Shown: positions 34,454 to 43,845 of the stretch, in pieces | Position numbering within the stretch: the stretch's first letter is position 1 | Layout: each line of letters starts with the position of its first letter | DNA from: a virus | Taxonomy: Duplodnaviria > Caudoviricetes | Strand: one strand, 5' to 3' | IMG/VR virus record: IMGVR_UViG_3300011437_000005 | Span: 1 to 48,708 of that record | DNA length: 48,708 nucleotides | Made by a program: the position numbers and the translations under genes | The notes under the pieces: generated by a model | Databases searched by the model: none | Told to the model about the DNA's origin: nothing | The model's input: only the letters and a program-made list of their open reading frames with translations

Positions 34454-34468
34454 GAGGGAGCCTATCCG
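34454..34468 (-). promoter_or_regulatory. Putative leaderless -10 promoter (CGGA-TAGGCT-CCCTC) for the tail chaperone gene
   Basis: TAGGCT 9 nt upstream of ATG 34449; no SD; near-identical to 8931-8945. Confidence 0.5.
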
Positions 34469-35167
34469 TCAGTAGGCCAGGAGCTCCGCCCACTTGATCG
34501 CGACGCCCAGTGCCCAGGTGCCGGTCGCCGGCACGGACGGCACGGTGATCACGAACCCTTGGTTCGCCTTCAGCTCGAGCGGGTGCTCGCCGCGCTCGAT
34601 CCGTGGTTCGAAGAGCGGGGTGCCCGGGGGGAAGATCATTCCGTTGAGCATGCCCGTGATCGGGCCGGCACCGAGCACGTGGCCGATCGGCTCGGTCTCG
34701 AGGGTCTTCGTGCCGGCGCCCAGCGCAGCCGTGGTGGCGATGCGCATGTCGCCGGCCGCGAGCAGGGTGTTCGCCATATCGCTGTCGGTCTTCAGGAGGG
34801 CGGCCGGGGTGATCCCCAGGCCGAGGGTGCCCGGCACCGTCCAGGCCGAGCACTTGAGCATGCTGACCCGCAGCGGAACGCCGGCCGCGAACATCGTGGT
34901 GCTGACCGCCGCGGAGATCGTCACGGACAAGAGCACAGCCGGCGTGGCCGCGGCCCACCGGAACTGGAAGACCTCGGCGTCGGCAGTCAGAGCGGCCGGG
35001 AGGATCCCGGTCGAGCGGGCGAACGCGTAATGGCCGAGGGCTCCGTGGTCGATCGGGCGCGCCACGGTGCGCGCGGCGCCGAAGACCGTGCCGTCGACGA
35101 GGAGGCGGTTGCGCAGGCCCGGGCCCGTCGACCCGCCGGTGATGACTACTTCTTGGCCGTCGGCCAT
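34469..35167 (-). CDS. Putative virion structural beta-sandwich protein
   Basis: ATG 35167 after TAGGAG; Ala/Gly/Thr rich; ends PLELKANQGFVI...IKWAE. Confidence 0.8.
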   Translation of the reverse strand: MADGQEVVITGGSTGPGLRNRLLVDGTVFGAARTVARPIDHGALGHYAFARSTGILPAALTADAEVFQFRWAAATPAVLLSVTISAAVSTTMFAAGVPLRVSMLKCSAWTVPGTLGLGITPAALLKTDSDMANTLLAAGDMRIATTAALGAGTKTLETEPIGHVLGAGPITGMLNGMIFPPGTPLFEPRIERGEHPLELKANQGFVITVPSVPATGTWALGVAIKWAELLAY

Positions 35168-35178
35168 GGGGGGAGCTC

Positions 35179-36645
35179 CTAGGAAGAGAACGCGACCAAC
35201 ATGAACTCGTCGTCGCCATCGCCGTGCACGACGCGCGGCTTCAGCTGGACGTTGGACACCAGGACCTGGTCCCGGTCGGAGAACGTCACCGAGTGAACCT
35301 GGCACTTCATGGCGTGCAGCAGGATGGTCTGCGCGCCGGTGCCCAGGGTCGCCGAGAAGGTGAGCAGGGTTCGGTTGACCCAGGCCGCATGCCAGTCGAG
35401 CGACGTCGTCGGGACCATGTCCGGGTCGATGCTGATCACCGGGTCGCGGTCGACGATCATGGCCGAGAGGTCGCCCTCGGGATCGTTGCCGTCCGGCCTC
35501 ATCACCACCGTGTTGTTGACGTTGATCTCGAAGCTCGCATAGGGGAGCTTCAGGCCGTTGTTCACGGCTCCGTACGGCGCGGTGTCGATGGTGAAGTTGG
35601 CGCCGCTGATCCGGATCGGAGAGCCGTCGGACTGGTAGACCAGGTTGGACATCAGGCCGGCGTCGCCGACCGTGCCGATGCGGCCCGAGAACTCCATCTC
35701 GAACTGCCCGGTCTCGCCGACCTGGCCGGCGAGGCGCCAGGTACCGCGGCACCCGATGCCCTGGCGCAGCGAGCCGTCGACGTTGGCGCGGATCGTGCCG
35801 GGCGGGATCCAGCCGGCGGCGGCGGATCCCGCATCGAACACTACCCCCGTGTGGTCGGCGCCGCCGGTCTGCTTCACCGAGACTGCGTCCCCAATGAGGA
35901 TGGTCTGGTTCTGCCAAAGGATGTCGATGTAGAGATCGAGCTGCGGGGAGACCGTGTAGTCGTAGCGGCGCACGGTGCCGCCGGCGATCTTCACCCCCGC
36001 GCGCGTGATCAGACACGCGTAGCCGTCCAGGTCGCCGACCGGTGGCGGACCGGTCAGGGCTCCGGTGAGGAAGAGCTTGTAGGCGCGCTTGCTCCAGGGG
36101 ATGTAGCAGAAGTTGTTGGCCTGCGCGGCGATCACGGTCACGACCGCGGTGCGGCCGCTCGTGAAGCCGGTGATCAGGTCCGTCGCATGCACCCGGAAGG
36201 GCTTCTGGCCGTGCGACGCAACCCAGATCGAGGCCTCGGCCGCGTTCACCTTGACGACGCGCCCGATCGCGACCTGATCGCCGGCGTTCGGCTGCGTCAC
36301 GGTCTCGCCCACGTAGAACGTGTTGGTGCCGGCAAGCGTGGTCAGCGTCAGCTGCTGGATCGCGAGCTCGCGCATCCCGGCCATGAGCAGCGGCCGCGAG
36401 AACTCTGGCCGCGCCTTGGTGCCGCGCCCTTTCAGGTCGAGGCCGAAGGTCGCCTTGAACCCGCCGCGGCCGATCGCGCTCTCCTTATGGCCCAGGCTCG
36501 AGGTCGCCTCGCGGCGCTCGATCATGTTCCGCTCCGGGTTCGTCTGAAGGTCGAGCCCGTTGAAAGCGTCGGTGTTGAGCGCGGTCGCAGCCGTCGTCTC
36601 GTCGTTCTGGAGCGCGATCTGCAGCTGGTTGCGGCGGGTGAGCAT
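35179..36645 (-). CDS. Major tail tube protein with inserted beta domains
   Basis: Position; N- and C-terminal tube-like segments (GCRGTWRL...EMEFSG; DRDPVISIDP; SDRDQVL); insertion FYVGETVTQ...ITGFTSG. Confidence 0.8.
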   Translation of the reverse strand: MLTRRNQLQIALQNDETTAATALNTDAFNGLDLQTNPERNMIERREATSSLGHKESAIGRGGFKATFGLDLKGRGTKARPEFSRPLLMAGMRELAIQQLTLTTLAGTNTFYVGETVTQPNAGDQVAIGRVVKVNAAEASIWVASHGQKPFRVHATDLITGFTSGRTAVVTVIAAQANNFCYIPWSKRAYKLFLTGALTGPPPVGDLDGYACLITRAGVKIAGGTVRRYDYTVSPQLDLYIDILWQNQTILIGDAVSVKQTGGADHTGVVFDAGSAAAGWIPPGTIRANVDGSLRQGIGCRGTWRLAGQVGETGQFEMEFSGRIGTVGDAGLMSNLVYQSDGSPIRISGANFTIDTAPYGAVNNGLKLPYASFEINVNNTVVMRPDGNDPEGDLSAMIVDRDPVISIDPDMVPTTSLDWHAAWVNRTLLTFSATLGTGAQTILLHAMKCQVHSVTFSDRDQVLVSNVQLKPRVVHGDGDDEFMLVAFSS

Positions 36646-36656
36646 GGTTCCTTACC

Positions 36657-36992
36657 TCACGGGTTGGCGAACGATTCCTCGAGCAGGACCTCGACCGAGC
36701 AGTGCTCGCGGGAGTTGATGGATCCCCGCACGGTCGCGTCGGCATAGATCACGTAGGCGCCGAGCAGGGTGATCGGCGACACGAAGATCTGGATCTTGTT
36801 GGCGTTCTCGCGCAGGTCGCGCTCGAGCAGGATCGCGGCCGCGAGCGTGACCGGGTCCCACGACAGACGCCACCGGCGCCGCAGCTTCGGCGACGGCCGG
36901 CGGATCCGCAGCGAGCCGGAGCGCCAGTCCGACCGGAGCGTGATCTCGTGGTCCTCCTGGTGACAGTAGCTGCAGCTCTCGAGGAGGCCCAT
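36657..36992 (-). CDS. Small tail-region protein, weakly gpM/Dit-like
   Basis: 111 aa; SGSLRIRR...RRRWRLSWD pattern. Confidence 0.7.
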   Translation of the reverse strand: MGLLESCSYCHQEDHEITLRSDWRSGSLRIRRPSPKLRRRWRLSWDPVTLAAAILLERDLRENANKIQIFVSPITLLGAYVIYADATVRGSINSREHCSVEVLLEESFANP

Positions 36993-36995
36993 GGT

Positions 36996-37487
36996 TCACG
37001 GGTAGACGCTCGGGTCTTCCCATCGGTGCCGGTAGGGGACGATCACCTCGAGCGTGCAGGTCGGCAGGCCGTCGTCGCTCTCGAGCGGCTCGAGGTCCTC
37101 GCTTTCGACGCGCGTATCCTCGATCGACCCCGGTGGGTCGTTGCCGCGCTTGTAGCTCTCGCCCTGCAGCAGCGCCTTCTGCACGTCGGCCGCGAGGCTC
37201 TTCAACAGGTTCCAGGTCGGCGTCGGCGCCGGCAGCTGCGCGGGGTCGGCCGGCGCCACCTTCAGCACCAGCGTCACGTGCAGGTGCTTCTTGCACTCGC
37301 TTGAGAGGAACGTCGTCGGCTCGTCGCGCATCGCCGCGACCGTGATGCACGGGAGCAGCGTCGCCTGCTGGTCGTGGGCTTCCCACAGGAAGACCTTCGC
37401 CACCGTGTTCGCGTAGCCCGCGGCGACGGTGATCCCCTCGAGCGTCAGCTTGATGTTCGCGACGATCTTCTCGGCGATGGTCGGCAC
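36996..37487 (-). CDS. Tail terminator/completion protein (gpU-like position)
   Basis: EKIVANIKLTLEGITVAAGY...LPCITV...LAADVQKAL. Confidence 0.8.
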   Translation of the reverse strand: MPTIAEKIVANIKLTLEGITVAAGYANTVAKVFLWEAHDQQATLLPCITVAAMRDEPTTFLSSECKKHLHVTLVLKVAPADPAQLPAPTPTWNLLKSLAADVQKALLQGESYKRGNDPPGSIEDTRVESEDLEPLESDDGLPTCTLEVIVPYRHRWEDPSVYP

Positions 37488-37490
37488 GGG

Positions 37491-38240
37491 TCACGCCACC
37501 GACACCTTCTGGATCTGCCCGCCGCGGCCGCCACCGAGCAGCGCGTTCACGGCGCCCGACTTGCCCTTCTTGCCGGCGATGAACAGCTGCACCTGGTCGG
37601 CCGCCTCGCGCACGTACAGGTCGCGCTTGGGGGCGAGCTGCTCCCACACGCGGCCGAAGTAGATCTTCTGCGGCAGCACCACCTGCTTCATGAGCAGCGC
37701 GCGGACGTAGAGCGTGCCGTCGGGCATGCGCTGCACCAGGACTGCGCCCTTCCGCCCCTGCAGCACGAACTCGTTCGCACCTGACTTGCCGGTCTTCGCC
37801 ATCGGCAGCGGGCCCATGAACTTGCCGATCCGCTTGCCGATGCGCAGCTGCTCGGCGGGGATCTTCAGCCACTTCCCGCGTTTGGGCCGGATCACGGCGC
37901 CGGTCGCCAGCGCGAGCACCACGCTCGAGTTGGTGAAATACTGGTAGTGGACCCGTCGCCAGGCGTCGACCGGTCCGTTCAACATCTCCGAGGTCGGGTC
38001 CTGGCTCTTCGGCCAGCCGTCGAACCGCGTGGCCTTCCGCAGCACCTTGGCAATCGACCGCTTGTGCGCCTTCTGGACGTCGCGCTTGTAGCCCTGCATC
38101 ACGCGCATGGCCGCACGCGCAAACCAGTAGCCCGTGACCTTCGGCGCCGCCGCGAGCATGAACGGCAGCTCGAACAGGTCCAGCTTGAACGTGAGCCCGC
38201 CGCCGGCGACCTCAAAGCCGCGCACCATGGCCTCGGTCAC
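37491..38240 (-). CDS. Basic neck/tail completion protein (gpZ-like position)
   Basis: GAVIRPKRGKWLKIP...LMKQVVLP; position between head closure and terminator genes. Confidence 0.75.
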   Translation of the reverse strand: MTEAMVRGFEVAGGGLTFKLDLFELPFMLAAAPKVTGYWFARAAMRVMQGYKRDVQKAHKRSIAKVLRKATRFDGWPKSQDPTSEMLNGPVDAWRRVHYQYFTNSSVVLALATGAVIRPKRGKWLKIPAEQLRIGKRIGKFMGPLPMAKTGKSGANEFVLQGRKGAVLVQRMPDGTLYVRALLMKQVVLPQKIYFGRVWEQLAPKRDLYVREAADQVQLFIAGKKGKSGAVNALLGGGRGGQIQKVSVA

Positions 38241-38590
38241 TTGGACACCTCGAGCGTGAAGAAGCCGCGGTTCTCCTCGACCAGCTGACGGACGACGCAG
38301 GTCGTGGTGCCGGCGTCGCCGGGGCGCAGCTTCAGGGTGATCTTGTCGCGCCCTTCCTGCACGGCCGTCAGACCGATGTCGTCGAGGATCGGCACGATCA
38401 CGCGCGCGCGGGGCGTGCGCGTGTGGCGGTCCTCGGGCATCGGCGTCGGGCCGCTCAGGTCGATCGCTGCCCGGATGGTCTTGGGCGTGGTCCCTCCCAC
38501 CAGGTAGACGGCGTCCTGGTAGAAGCCGCCCGGCGACGTCGCGATGGCTCGCGCGTGCCGGGCGATCAGGAGGTCGATGCCCGCCGCCAC
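38237..38590 (-). CDS. Head closure / head-tail joining protein (gpFII-like)
   Basis: GTG 38590 after TAGGAG; 117-aa beta-rich protein following the MCP. Confidence 0.75.
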   Translation of the reverse strand: MAAGIDLLIARHARAIATSPGGFYQDAVYLVGGTTPKTIRAAIDLSGPTPMPEDRHTRTPRARVIVPILDDIGLTAVQEGRDKITLKLRPGDAGTTTCVVRQLVEENRGFFTLEVSK

Positions 38591-38597
38591 TGGTCTC

Positions 38598-39533
38598 CTA
38601 CGTGAAGACCAGCCGCGCCGTCGTCTGCCACGAGCCCGGGCCGATCGCGCGGATGCACATGATCCCGTACTCGTGCGAGTCGGTGTCGTGCTCGAACTCC
38701 GAGCCCTCGGCCTTGGCACTCACCTTCAGGTCCAGCTCGTTCTGCCGGATCAGGGTGAGCCCGTTGTTGGCGAACGCGTAGATCGTCGGCGTCGCCGACG
38801 CGTACGTGAGGAAGGGGTTCACCACCAGGTTGAACGAGAACCCGCCCAGGATCGACAGGATGTTGGTCCTCGCGCCCGAGCCCTCGGTGATGATCGGGGC
38901 GTTGAGCGCCGCGGCCGCCTTGGCCATGAGCTGCACCGGGACCATGATCGTGAAGGACGTGAGCCCCGGGTTCATCGGCAGGCCGTGGTTGTCCTTCACC
39001 GCGAGGATCGCGGTGACCAGAGCCATGATCCCGGCTTCCATCTCGGCCACGGTCAGGTTCGTGTGGTCGGTGGCGTTGAGGGTCAGGGCGTTGTCTTGCG
39101 TGCCGCTCGACTCGCCGGGGTCGACGTGGTCGGTCGCATAGAGCGCCTTGCCGTCGTAGCCGATCGGGTTCGAGACGAGCAGCGCGGTTGCGAGCTGCGG
39201 CCAGTGTTGGTCGTAGCGGTCCTTCAGCTGGTTGATCCGGCGCTCGACGAAGGTGGTCTTGTCGCGCCGCAGCTCGTCACCGTAGACGAGGAGCGTGTCC
39301 TCGTACTTCCGGTTGAGGATCGTGATCTCGTAGGTCTTCAGCGTCTTGGCGAAACGCTGGCCGATCCACTCACGCAAGCCGGCGACGTTGCCCGGTGCCG
39401 CGTAGGTCTCGCTGGCCTGGTCCGACTTGATCGGCGTGCCGGCGATCGCCTGGACCCACGCGTCCTGGACGGTCGAAAGGTCGTGGAAGAGCCGCCCCTT
39501 GATGGCGCGGCTCGAGAGGGATGCAAGAGCCAT
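38598..39533 (-). CDS. Major capsid protein, Mu gpT family
   Basis: GLREWIGQR...YEITILNRKYEDTL...RRDK; YDGKALYATDH; KDNHGLPM; GPGSWQ. Confidence 0.9.
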   Translation of the reverse strand: MALASLSSRAIKGRLFHDLSTVQDAWVQAIAGTPIKSDQASETYAAPGNVAGLREWIGQRFAKTLKTYEITILNRKYEDTLLVYGDELRRDKTTFVERRINQLKDRYDQHWPQLATALLVSNPIGYDGKALYATDHVDPGESSGTQDNALTLNATDHTNLTVAEMEAGIMALVTAILAVKDNHGLPMNPGLTSFTIMVPVQLMAKAAAALNAPIITEGSGARTNILSILGGFSFNLVVNPFLTYASATPTIYAFANNGLTLIRQNELDLKVSAKAEGSEFEHDTDSHEYGIMCIRAIGPGSWQTTARLVFT

Positions 39534-39548
39534 TGGTTGGTGCGCCTC

Positions 39549-39995
39549 CTAGACGCTCTGGATCGCGAAGCCTTCGAACTGCACGTGGAAGCCCTCGCCG
39601 GCGACGTAGTCGGCGACCTTGCCAATCGGGACCGTGGTCGCGGTCGAGGTGTCCGTGAACGTGTCGTCATTCGACGCGTGGACGGTCGCCCCGATGTTGG
39701 TGGCCCCGGTCATGTTGGTGATCGCGGCGAGGATGATCCGGCCCTTGGTCGTCGCGCGGACGCGCTTGCCGGTGACGTTGACCACGCTCTCCTCGGCGAA
39801 GCCGACGAAGCGCGGGGTGGTGAAGGTGCCCGCCGCGTCGTGCGGCAGCACCAGGCCGGCGTGGTTCGCGACGTCGGTCGAGAGGACCTGGCCGGCCCAG
39901 ATCGTCGTGTTCGCCTTGACGGCGTAGTGCGAGAAGTTGGACTGGATGCCGGACGCGTACGCGCGCGGCTTCTCGAACGTGAGGGAGAGCGCCAT
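39549..39995 (-). CDS. Capsid decoration/cement protein
   Basis: 148 aa between protease and MCP; IWAG...FVGFAEE...IGATVHASNDDTFT...IGKV. Confidence 0.85.
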   Translation of the reverse strand: MALSLTFEKPRAYASGIQSNFSHYAVKANTTIWAGQVLSTDVANHAGLVLPHDAAGTFTTPRFVGFAEESVVNVTGKRVRATTKGRIILAAITNMTGATNIGATVHASNDDTFTDTSTATTVPIGKVADYVAGEGFHVQFEGFAIQSV

Positions 39996-39998
39996 GAG

Positions 39999-40559
39999 CT
40001 ACGCCCCCCTGCGGCGGATGCCGCTGTTCTGGCGCTGGTGCTCGACCATGAGGAACCCGGCGTACTCCCCGGCGGTCGTGAACTCCTCGCGCAGCTTGGG
40101 GTCCGCAGCGAAGGCCGCGGCCGCGAGCTTCTCGAACCGGGGATCGTCGGCGCCGCCGGCCTTGGCGCGGAGCTCGTTCAGCTTCGCGATCTCCTCGGGC
40201 TTCTCCTCGGCCGTGTTGCCGCCCTTCGCGTTCGGGTCGTTGTTGCCGTTCACGACCGGCGCCTCGGCGCGCAGCTGCGCCAGCCGCTTGCTCTGCTGGT
40301 CGCGCAGGTCGGCGTTGATCTTCTCCAGTGCATCGACGCGCGACGCGCCGCTCTGGATCAGCTCGCGGCCGAGCTTGTCCTGGTTGACGCCACAGCTACC
40401 CAGGATCGAGAGCACGCGCGCGCGCTCCGAGTTGGTCCCGTCGTTTCGACCTTCGACCCGCAGCTGCTCCGCAAGATGCGGATACAGCCGGGTCAGGTCC
40501 TCCGCGGTCGCCACCTGGGGCGCGGGTCCCGCCGCGGAGACATTCTTCGTGTCGCTCAT
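39999..40559 (-). CDS. Nested in-frame scaffolding protein (lambda Nu3-like)
   Basis: Internal ATG 40559 preceded by GAGGAGA after a low-complexity linker; ERARVLSI motif. Confidence 0.6.
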   Translation of the reverse strand: MSDTKNVSAAGPAPQVATAEDLTRLYPHLAEQLRVEGRNDGTNSERARVLSILGSCGVNQDKLGRELIQSGASRVDALEKINADLRDQQSKRLAQLRAEAPVVNGNNDPNAKGGNTAEEKPEEIAKLNELRAKAGGADDPRFEKLAAAAFAADPKLREEFTTAGEYAGFLMVEHQRQNSGIRRRGA

Positions 40560-41501
40560 GGTCTCCTCGCTATCGGTTGAGTCGTCCGCCACGGCGACCT
40601 GTTCGCCTTGGTCAGACGCCGCCACTGCGGCGGGGTTTGGGTTCCCGGTGGCGAGCACGCGCAGCGCGTCGCCCACCGAGAGGATTCCGTCGATCAGGCC
40701 GTGCTGGAGCGCGAGCTCGGTGCGGTAGGTGCGCCCCTCCGCGATCGAGAGCACGTGGTCGAGGTCGAGGCCGCGGGCGGCCGCGACCGAGCTCGTGAAC
40801 AGCTCGTACCAGTCCTGGATCCGGTCCTGCACGACCTGCCGTTGGGCGTCGGTGATCGGCGCGCCAGGAGCGCCGATGCCCTTGTCCTTGCCGGCGCGGA
40901 GCACGATCGTCTCGACGCCGCTGTTCTGCATCTTCCGCGACCAGTCCTGCAGGACCGAGTAGACGCCGATCGAGCCGACCCGGGTGCCGGGCGTGGCGTA
41001 GACCTTGTCGGCGTGCGAGCCGAGCCAGTACGCGGCGCTGGCCATGAGGTCGTCTGCGATCGCGACAATCGGCTTCTTCCCGCGCGCGGCCAGGATGTCG
41101 CCGGCGAGCTGGGGCACGCCGTCGACCGAGCCGCCGGGGGAGTCGATCAGCAGCGCGATCTGCTTGATCGTTGGATCGTCGACCGCGCGCTGCAGGAGGC
41201 CGCGGATCTCCTCGACCGACGTGCCGCTCGGTTGGCTCGAGCCGTTCACCGAGCTCGAGTACTTCGCAATCACGCCGGTGATCGGCACGACCGCGACGCC
41301 GGCGGGGGGCGCCACCTTGAACGCACCGCGATCGTCGAGCCTCGCGTCGCGCGCCGCCGCGATGTCCTCGACCTGGTTGCGGTCGAGTTTCGTTCCCTCG
41401 AGGTGCCGTTCCACCAGCAGAAGCAGCTGGTGGTAGACCATGTCCTCGAGCGCCCACGCGTTTGTGGTGAAGAAGTCGATCATCGCCGAGCGCTTAGCCA
41501 C
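39999..41501 (-). CDS. S49 (SppA-like) prohead protease with C-terminal scaffold
   Basis: IDSPGGSV, MASAAYWLGS, VGSIGV, AG-x-x-K, ALQHGLID. Confidence 0.95.
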   Translation of the reverse strand: MAKRSAMIDFFTTNAWALEDMVYHQLLLLVERHLEGTKLDRNQVEDIAAARDARLDDRGAFKVAPPAGVAVVPITGVIAKYSSSVNGSSQPSGTSVEEIRGLLQRAVDDPTIKQIALLIDSPGGSVDGVPQLAGDILAARGKKPIVAIADDLMASAAYWLGSHADKVYATPGTRVGSIGVYSVLQDWSRKMQNSGVETIVLRAGKDKGIGAPGAPITDAQRQVVQDRIQDWYELFTSSVAAARGLDLDHVLSIAEGRTYRTELALQHGLIDGILSVGDALRVLATGNPNPAAVAASDQGEQVAVADDSTDSEETMSDTKNVSAAGPAPQVATAEDLTRLYPHLAEQLRVEGRNDGTNSERARVLSILGSCGVNQDKLGRELIQSGASRVDALEKINADLRDQQSKRLAQLRAEAPVVNGNNDPNAKGGNTAEEKPEEIAKLNELRAKAGGADDPRFEKLAAAAFAADPKLREEFTTAGEYAGFLMVEHQRQNSGIRRRGA

Positions 41502-43191
41502 CGGGCTTCCCTCCCTTCTTCGCGTCCTCGTCGTCGTCGACGGGCAGCTGGTTGTTCGGGTTCTCCTTCTTCTGCTGGCCCTGCTGCTCGGCTTGCTTCG
41601 CCATGGCCTCGGCCTTCGCCGCGTCGGCCGCTTGCTTGCTGGCGGCGCCGTCCACCGCGACCTCGAGCTCTTCGATCCGCCGCTGCTCGCGCGCCAGCAC
41701 CACCAGGTTGTCGTCGAAGCTCCCGCCGCTCGTCGTCTGCACGACGTCCTGGCCGGTCATGAAGCCGCGATCGACGGCCATGGAGTAGGCCTCGATCTCC
41801 ATCTTCGGGTCGATCAAGCCCCACGTGGGGGCGGTCCACTTGCAGGCCGTGAGCGAGCTGCGGTGTTCGTAGAAGTCGACGCCCGGGGTCTTCCAGAGCC
41901 CGGTCAGCCAGGCCTCCTCGAGAACGAGCTCCCACACGACCTGGCAGAACGCTTCGGCGAACCACTTCTGCCGGCTCTGGAACATCCGGCGCGCCTCGAG
42001 CAGTGCCGCGCGCGCGCTCGAGTAGTTCGTTTTCCTGAAGTCCCTCGCGATCAATTCGTACGGCAGGCCGAGGGAGGCTCCGATCGACAGCAGGATCCGA
42101 TCGAAGAACATGTCGAACGTGGCGCCCGGCCGGTTCGGCGAACCGAACCGAACGTCCTCGCCCGGCTCCGTGTAGTAGATCGCGCCGTAGTCGAGGCGCT
42201 GCTCGCGCTCGCCTTGCGGGCCCTGGCCGGTCGCCAGCATGCGCGCCGCTTGCGTGGCGTTGGGGCGCACGATGAACGCCGCGTAGCACGCCGCCACCTT
42301 CGCCCCGATCACCTCGGCGTCGAGATACCCCGAGAGGTGCTTGAACATCTTCATGGCCGGCGCGAGCACCGGCACGCCGCGCGTCTGCCCCGGGCGCAGC
42401 ATGCGGTAGAGATGGATCGCACTGACGCGGCCGGTCGGCGACTCGGCCGGGAAGCGCGTGAACTTCCGCGGCACCTGGGGCGATGGGTAGAGCTCGTTGG
42501 GGTGCGCGTTCGCGACCCAGTAGGCCGTGGGCTCGCTGCGCTCACCGAGCTCGACGCCGAAGCGGATGTGCTTGCCGGTCGGGTACGCGCTGCCGCGGGG
42601 ATCGTCGATCCGGTCGGCCTCGATCAGGTCGATGCACGTCTCGAGCTTTCGGCCGACGCGCTTCACCATGGGGGGCAGCGCGAGCACGTCGCCGTTCATC
42701 ATGACCTGCGAGAACGCGAGCTCCTGCAAGCGGAAGAACGACAGGCGACCGTCGGCGCTGGCCGAGCCCTGGCGACTCCACTCGTCGAAGATCTCTTCCG
42801 CGTCTTCACCAATCTCCCGCGCCGCGTCTTCGTCGAGGCCGGGGATCCGGGCGAAGTTGACGCGCGCTTGGGGGAGCAGGCCGGTACCGACGATGTTGCC
42901 GGCGAGCGACTCCGTGGCCGACGCCGCGAACACGTTGTTGCGGTGGAGCTCGCGGGACCTGGCGCGGATCTCCGGGAGCTCGCCGAACAGGTCGGTGTCG
43001 GGCGAGCCGAGCGTGCCCGACCAGTCGCTGAGCGGCCGGCCCTTGTCCGCCGCCTCCCAGGCCGTCGACATATCGCGCCACTGCTTGCGCTCGAGGCCCG
43101 CCTTCGGCGAGATGACCCCGACCGTCGCATCGACGATCCGCTCCAGGCGCGCGCGCAAGCCTCGGGCGGGTGCCATGCCGCGGTACCTCAC
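41494..43191 (-). CDS. Portal protein, lambda family
   Basis: RARSRELHRNN...NIVGTG; LIEADRI; RPGQTRGVP; NYSSARAALLE; IDPKME. Confidence 0.96.
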   Translation of the reverse strand: MRYRGMAPARGLRARLERIVDATVGVISPKAGLERKQWRDMSTAWEAADKGRPLSDWSGTLGSPDTDLFGELPEIRARSRELHRNNVFAASATESLAGNIVGTGLLPQARVNFARIPGLDEDAAREIGEDAEEIFDEWSRQGSASADGRLSFFRLQELAFSQVMMNGDVLALPPMVKRVGRKLETCIDLIEADRIDDPRGSAYPTGKHIRFGVELGERSEPTAYWVANAHPNELYPSPQVPRKFTRFPAESPTGRVSAIHLYRMLRPGQTRGVPVLAPAMKMFKHLSGYLDAEVIGAKVAACYAAFIVRPNATQAARMLATGQGPQGEREQRLDYGAIYYTEPGEDVRFGSPNRPGATFDMFFDRILLSIGASLGLPYELIARDFRKTNYSSARAALLEARRMFQSRQKWFAEAFCQVVWELVLEEAWLTGLWKTPGVDFYEHRSSLTACKWTAPTWGLIDPKMEIEAYSMAVDRGFMTGQDVVQTTSGGSFDDNLVVLAREQRRIEELEVAVDGAASKQAADAAKAEAMAKQAEQQGQQKKENPNNQLPVDDDEDAKKGGKPGG

Positions 43192-43430
43192 GAGGTGTGC
43201 TCCCCGCCGCCGCCGCGGCCGTTGTGGGGGAACTGCACGTAGTTGATCGGCGAGTCGCCGCTCTCGGCCGCGACCTCGGCGAGCAGCTCGCGCCGGCGGT
43301 CGTACAGGGTCTTCAGGTTCAGGTGCTGGACGCGCAGGTCGGCCTGCGAGTAGCCCTCGATGCCCGCCGTCTCGATTGCCGCGATCGCTGCGTCGAGTCG
43401 GTCCAGTCGTTCCTGCGCGGTCTCGGCCAT
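43188..43430 (-). CDS. Head completion protein (gpW-like)
   Basis: 80 aa before the portal gene; LDAAIAAIE...YS...LKTLYDRRREL. Confidence 0.8.
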   Translation of the reverse strand: MAETAQERLDRLDAAIAAIETAGIEGYSQADLRVQHLNLKTLYDRRRELLAEVAAESGDSPINYVQFPHNGRGGGGEHTS

Positions 43431-43479
43431 CCGGCGAGGATCTCTACCCCGGATCCGGCACCGCGAAGCGCGAGGCGTT

Positions 43480-43845
43480 CTACGACGGCGAAACCTCGCC
43501 GCCCTCGAGCTTCCAGCGTCCCGCGCGCACGTGGTCCTGCATCGCCTCGACAATATGGCCGTACACGTCGACCCATCGCATGCGCTCGCCGGCCGCCAAG
43601 TGGGTGACCTGGAGGCTCCCCAGCAGCGCCAGGTTGTGCTCGGGTAGGAACACGTACGTGGCGATCAGGTGCGTGGCCGTGGGTGCCACCCACACCAGGT
43701 CGGGGCCGTCGATGAAGCGCCGGACGACGGGCAGGATCATCGCGGAGGTCGGCTCGCAGAGAACGATCGTGCCGTCGACCAGCACGCCGGCGAGCAGGTC
43801 CCCGAGCTCCTCGCGCGATCGCTGCTTCGGCTTGCGCTTCTTCAT
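43480..43845 (-). CDS. Hypothetical protein
   Basis: ATGA-coupled start 43845. Confidence 0.7.
   Translation of the reverse strand: MKKRKPKQRSREELGDLLAGVLVDGTIVLCEPTSAMILPVVRRFIDGPDLVWVAPTATHLIATYVFLPEHNLALLGSLQVTHLAAGERMRWVDVYGHIVEAMQDHVRAGRWKLEGGEVSPS

Noticed and set aside
21478-41501. Amber recoding or read-through, since many late genes end in TAG and several are in frame with the next gene
   Set aside because: Genes are full length under the standard code; in-frame 3-nt spacing also follows TGA stops; TAG often forms part of the next SD (TAGGAG); the tRNA is not a suppressor
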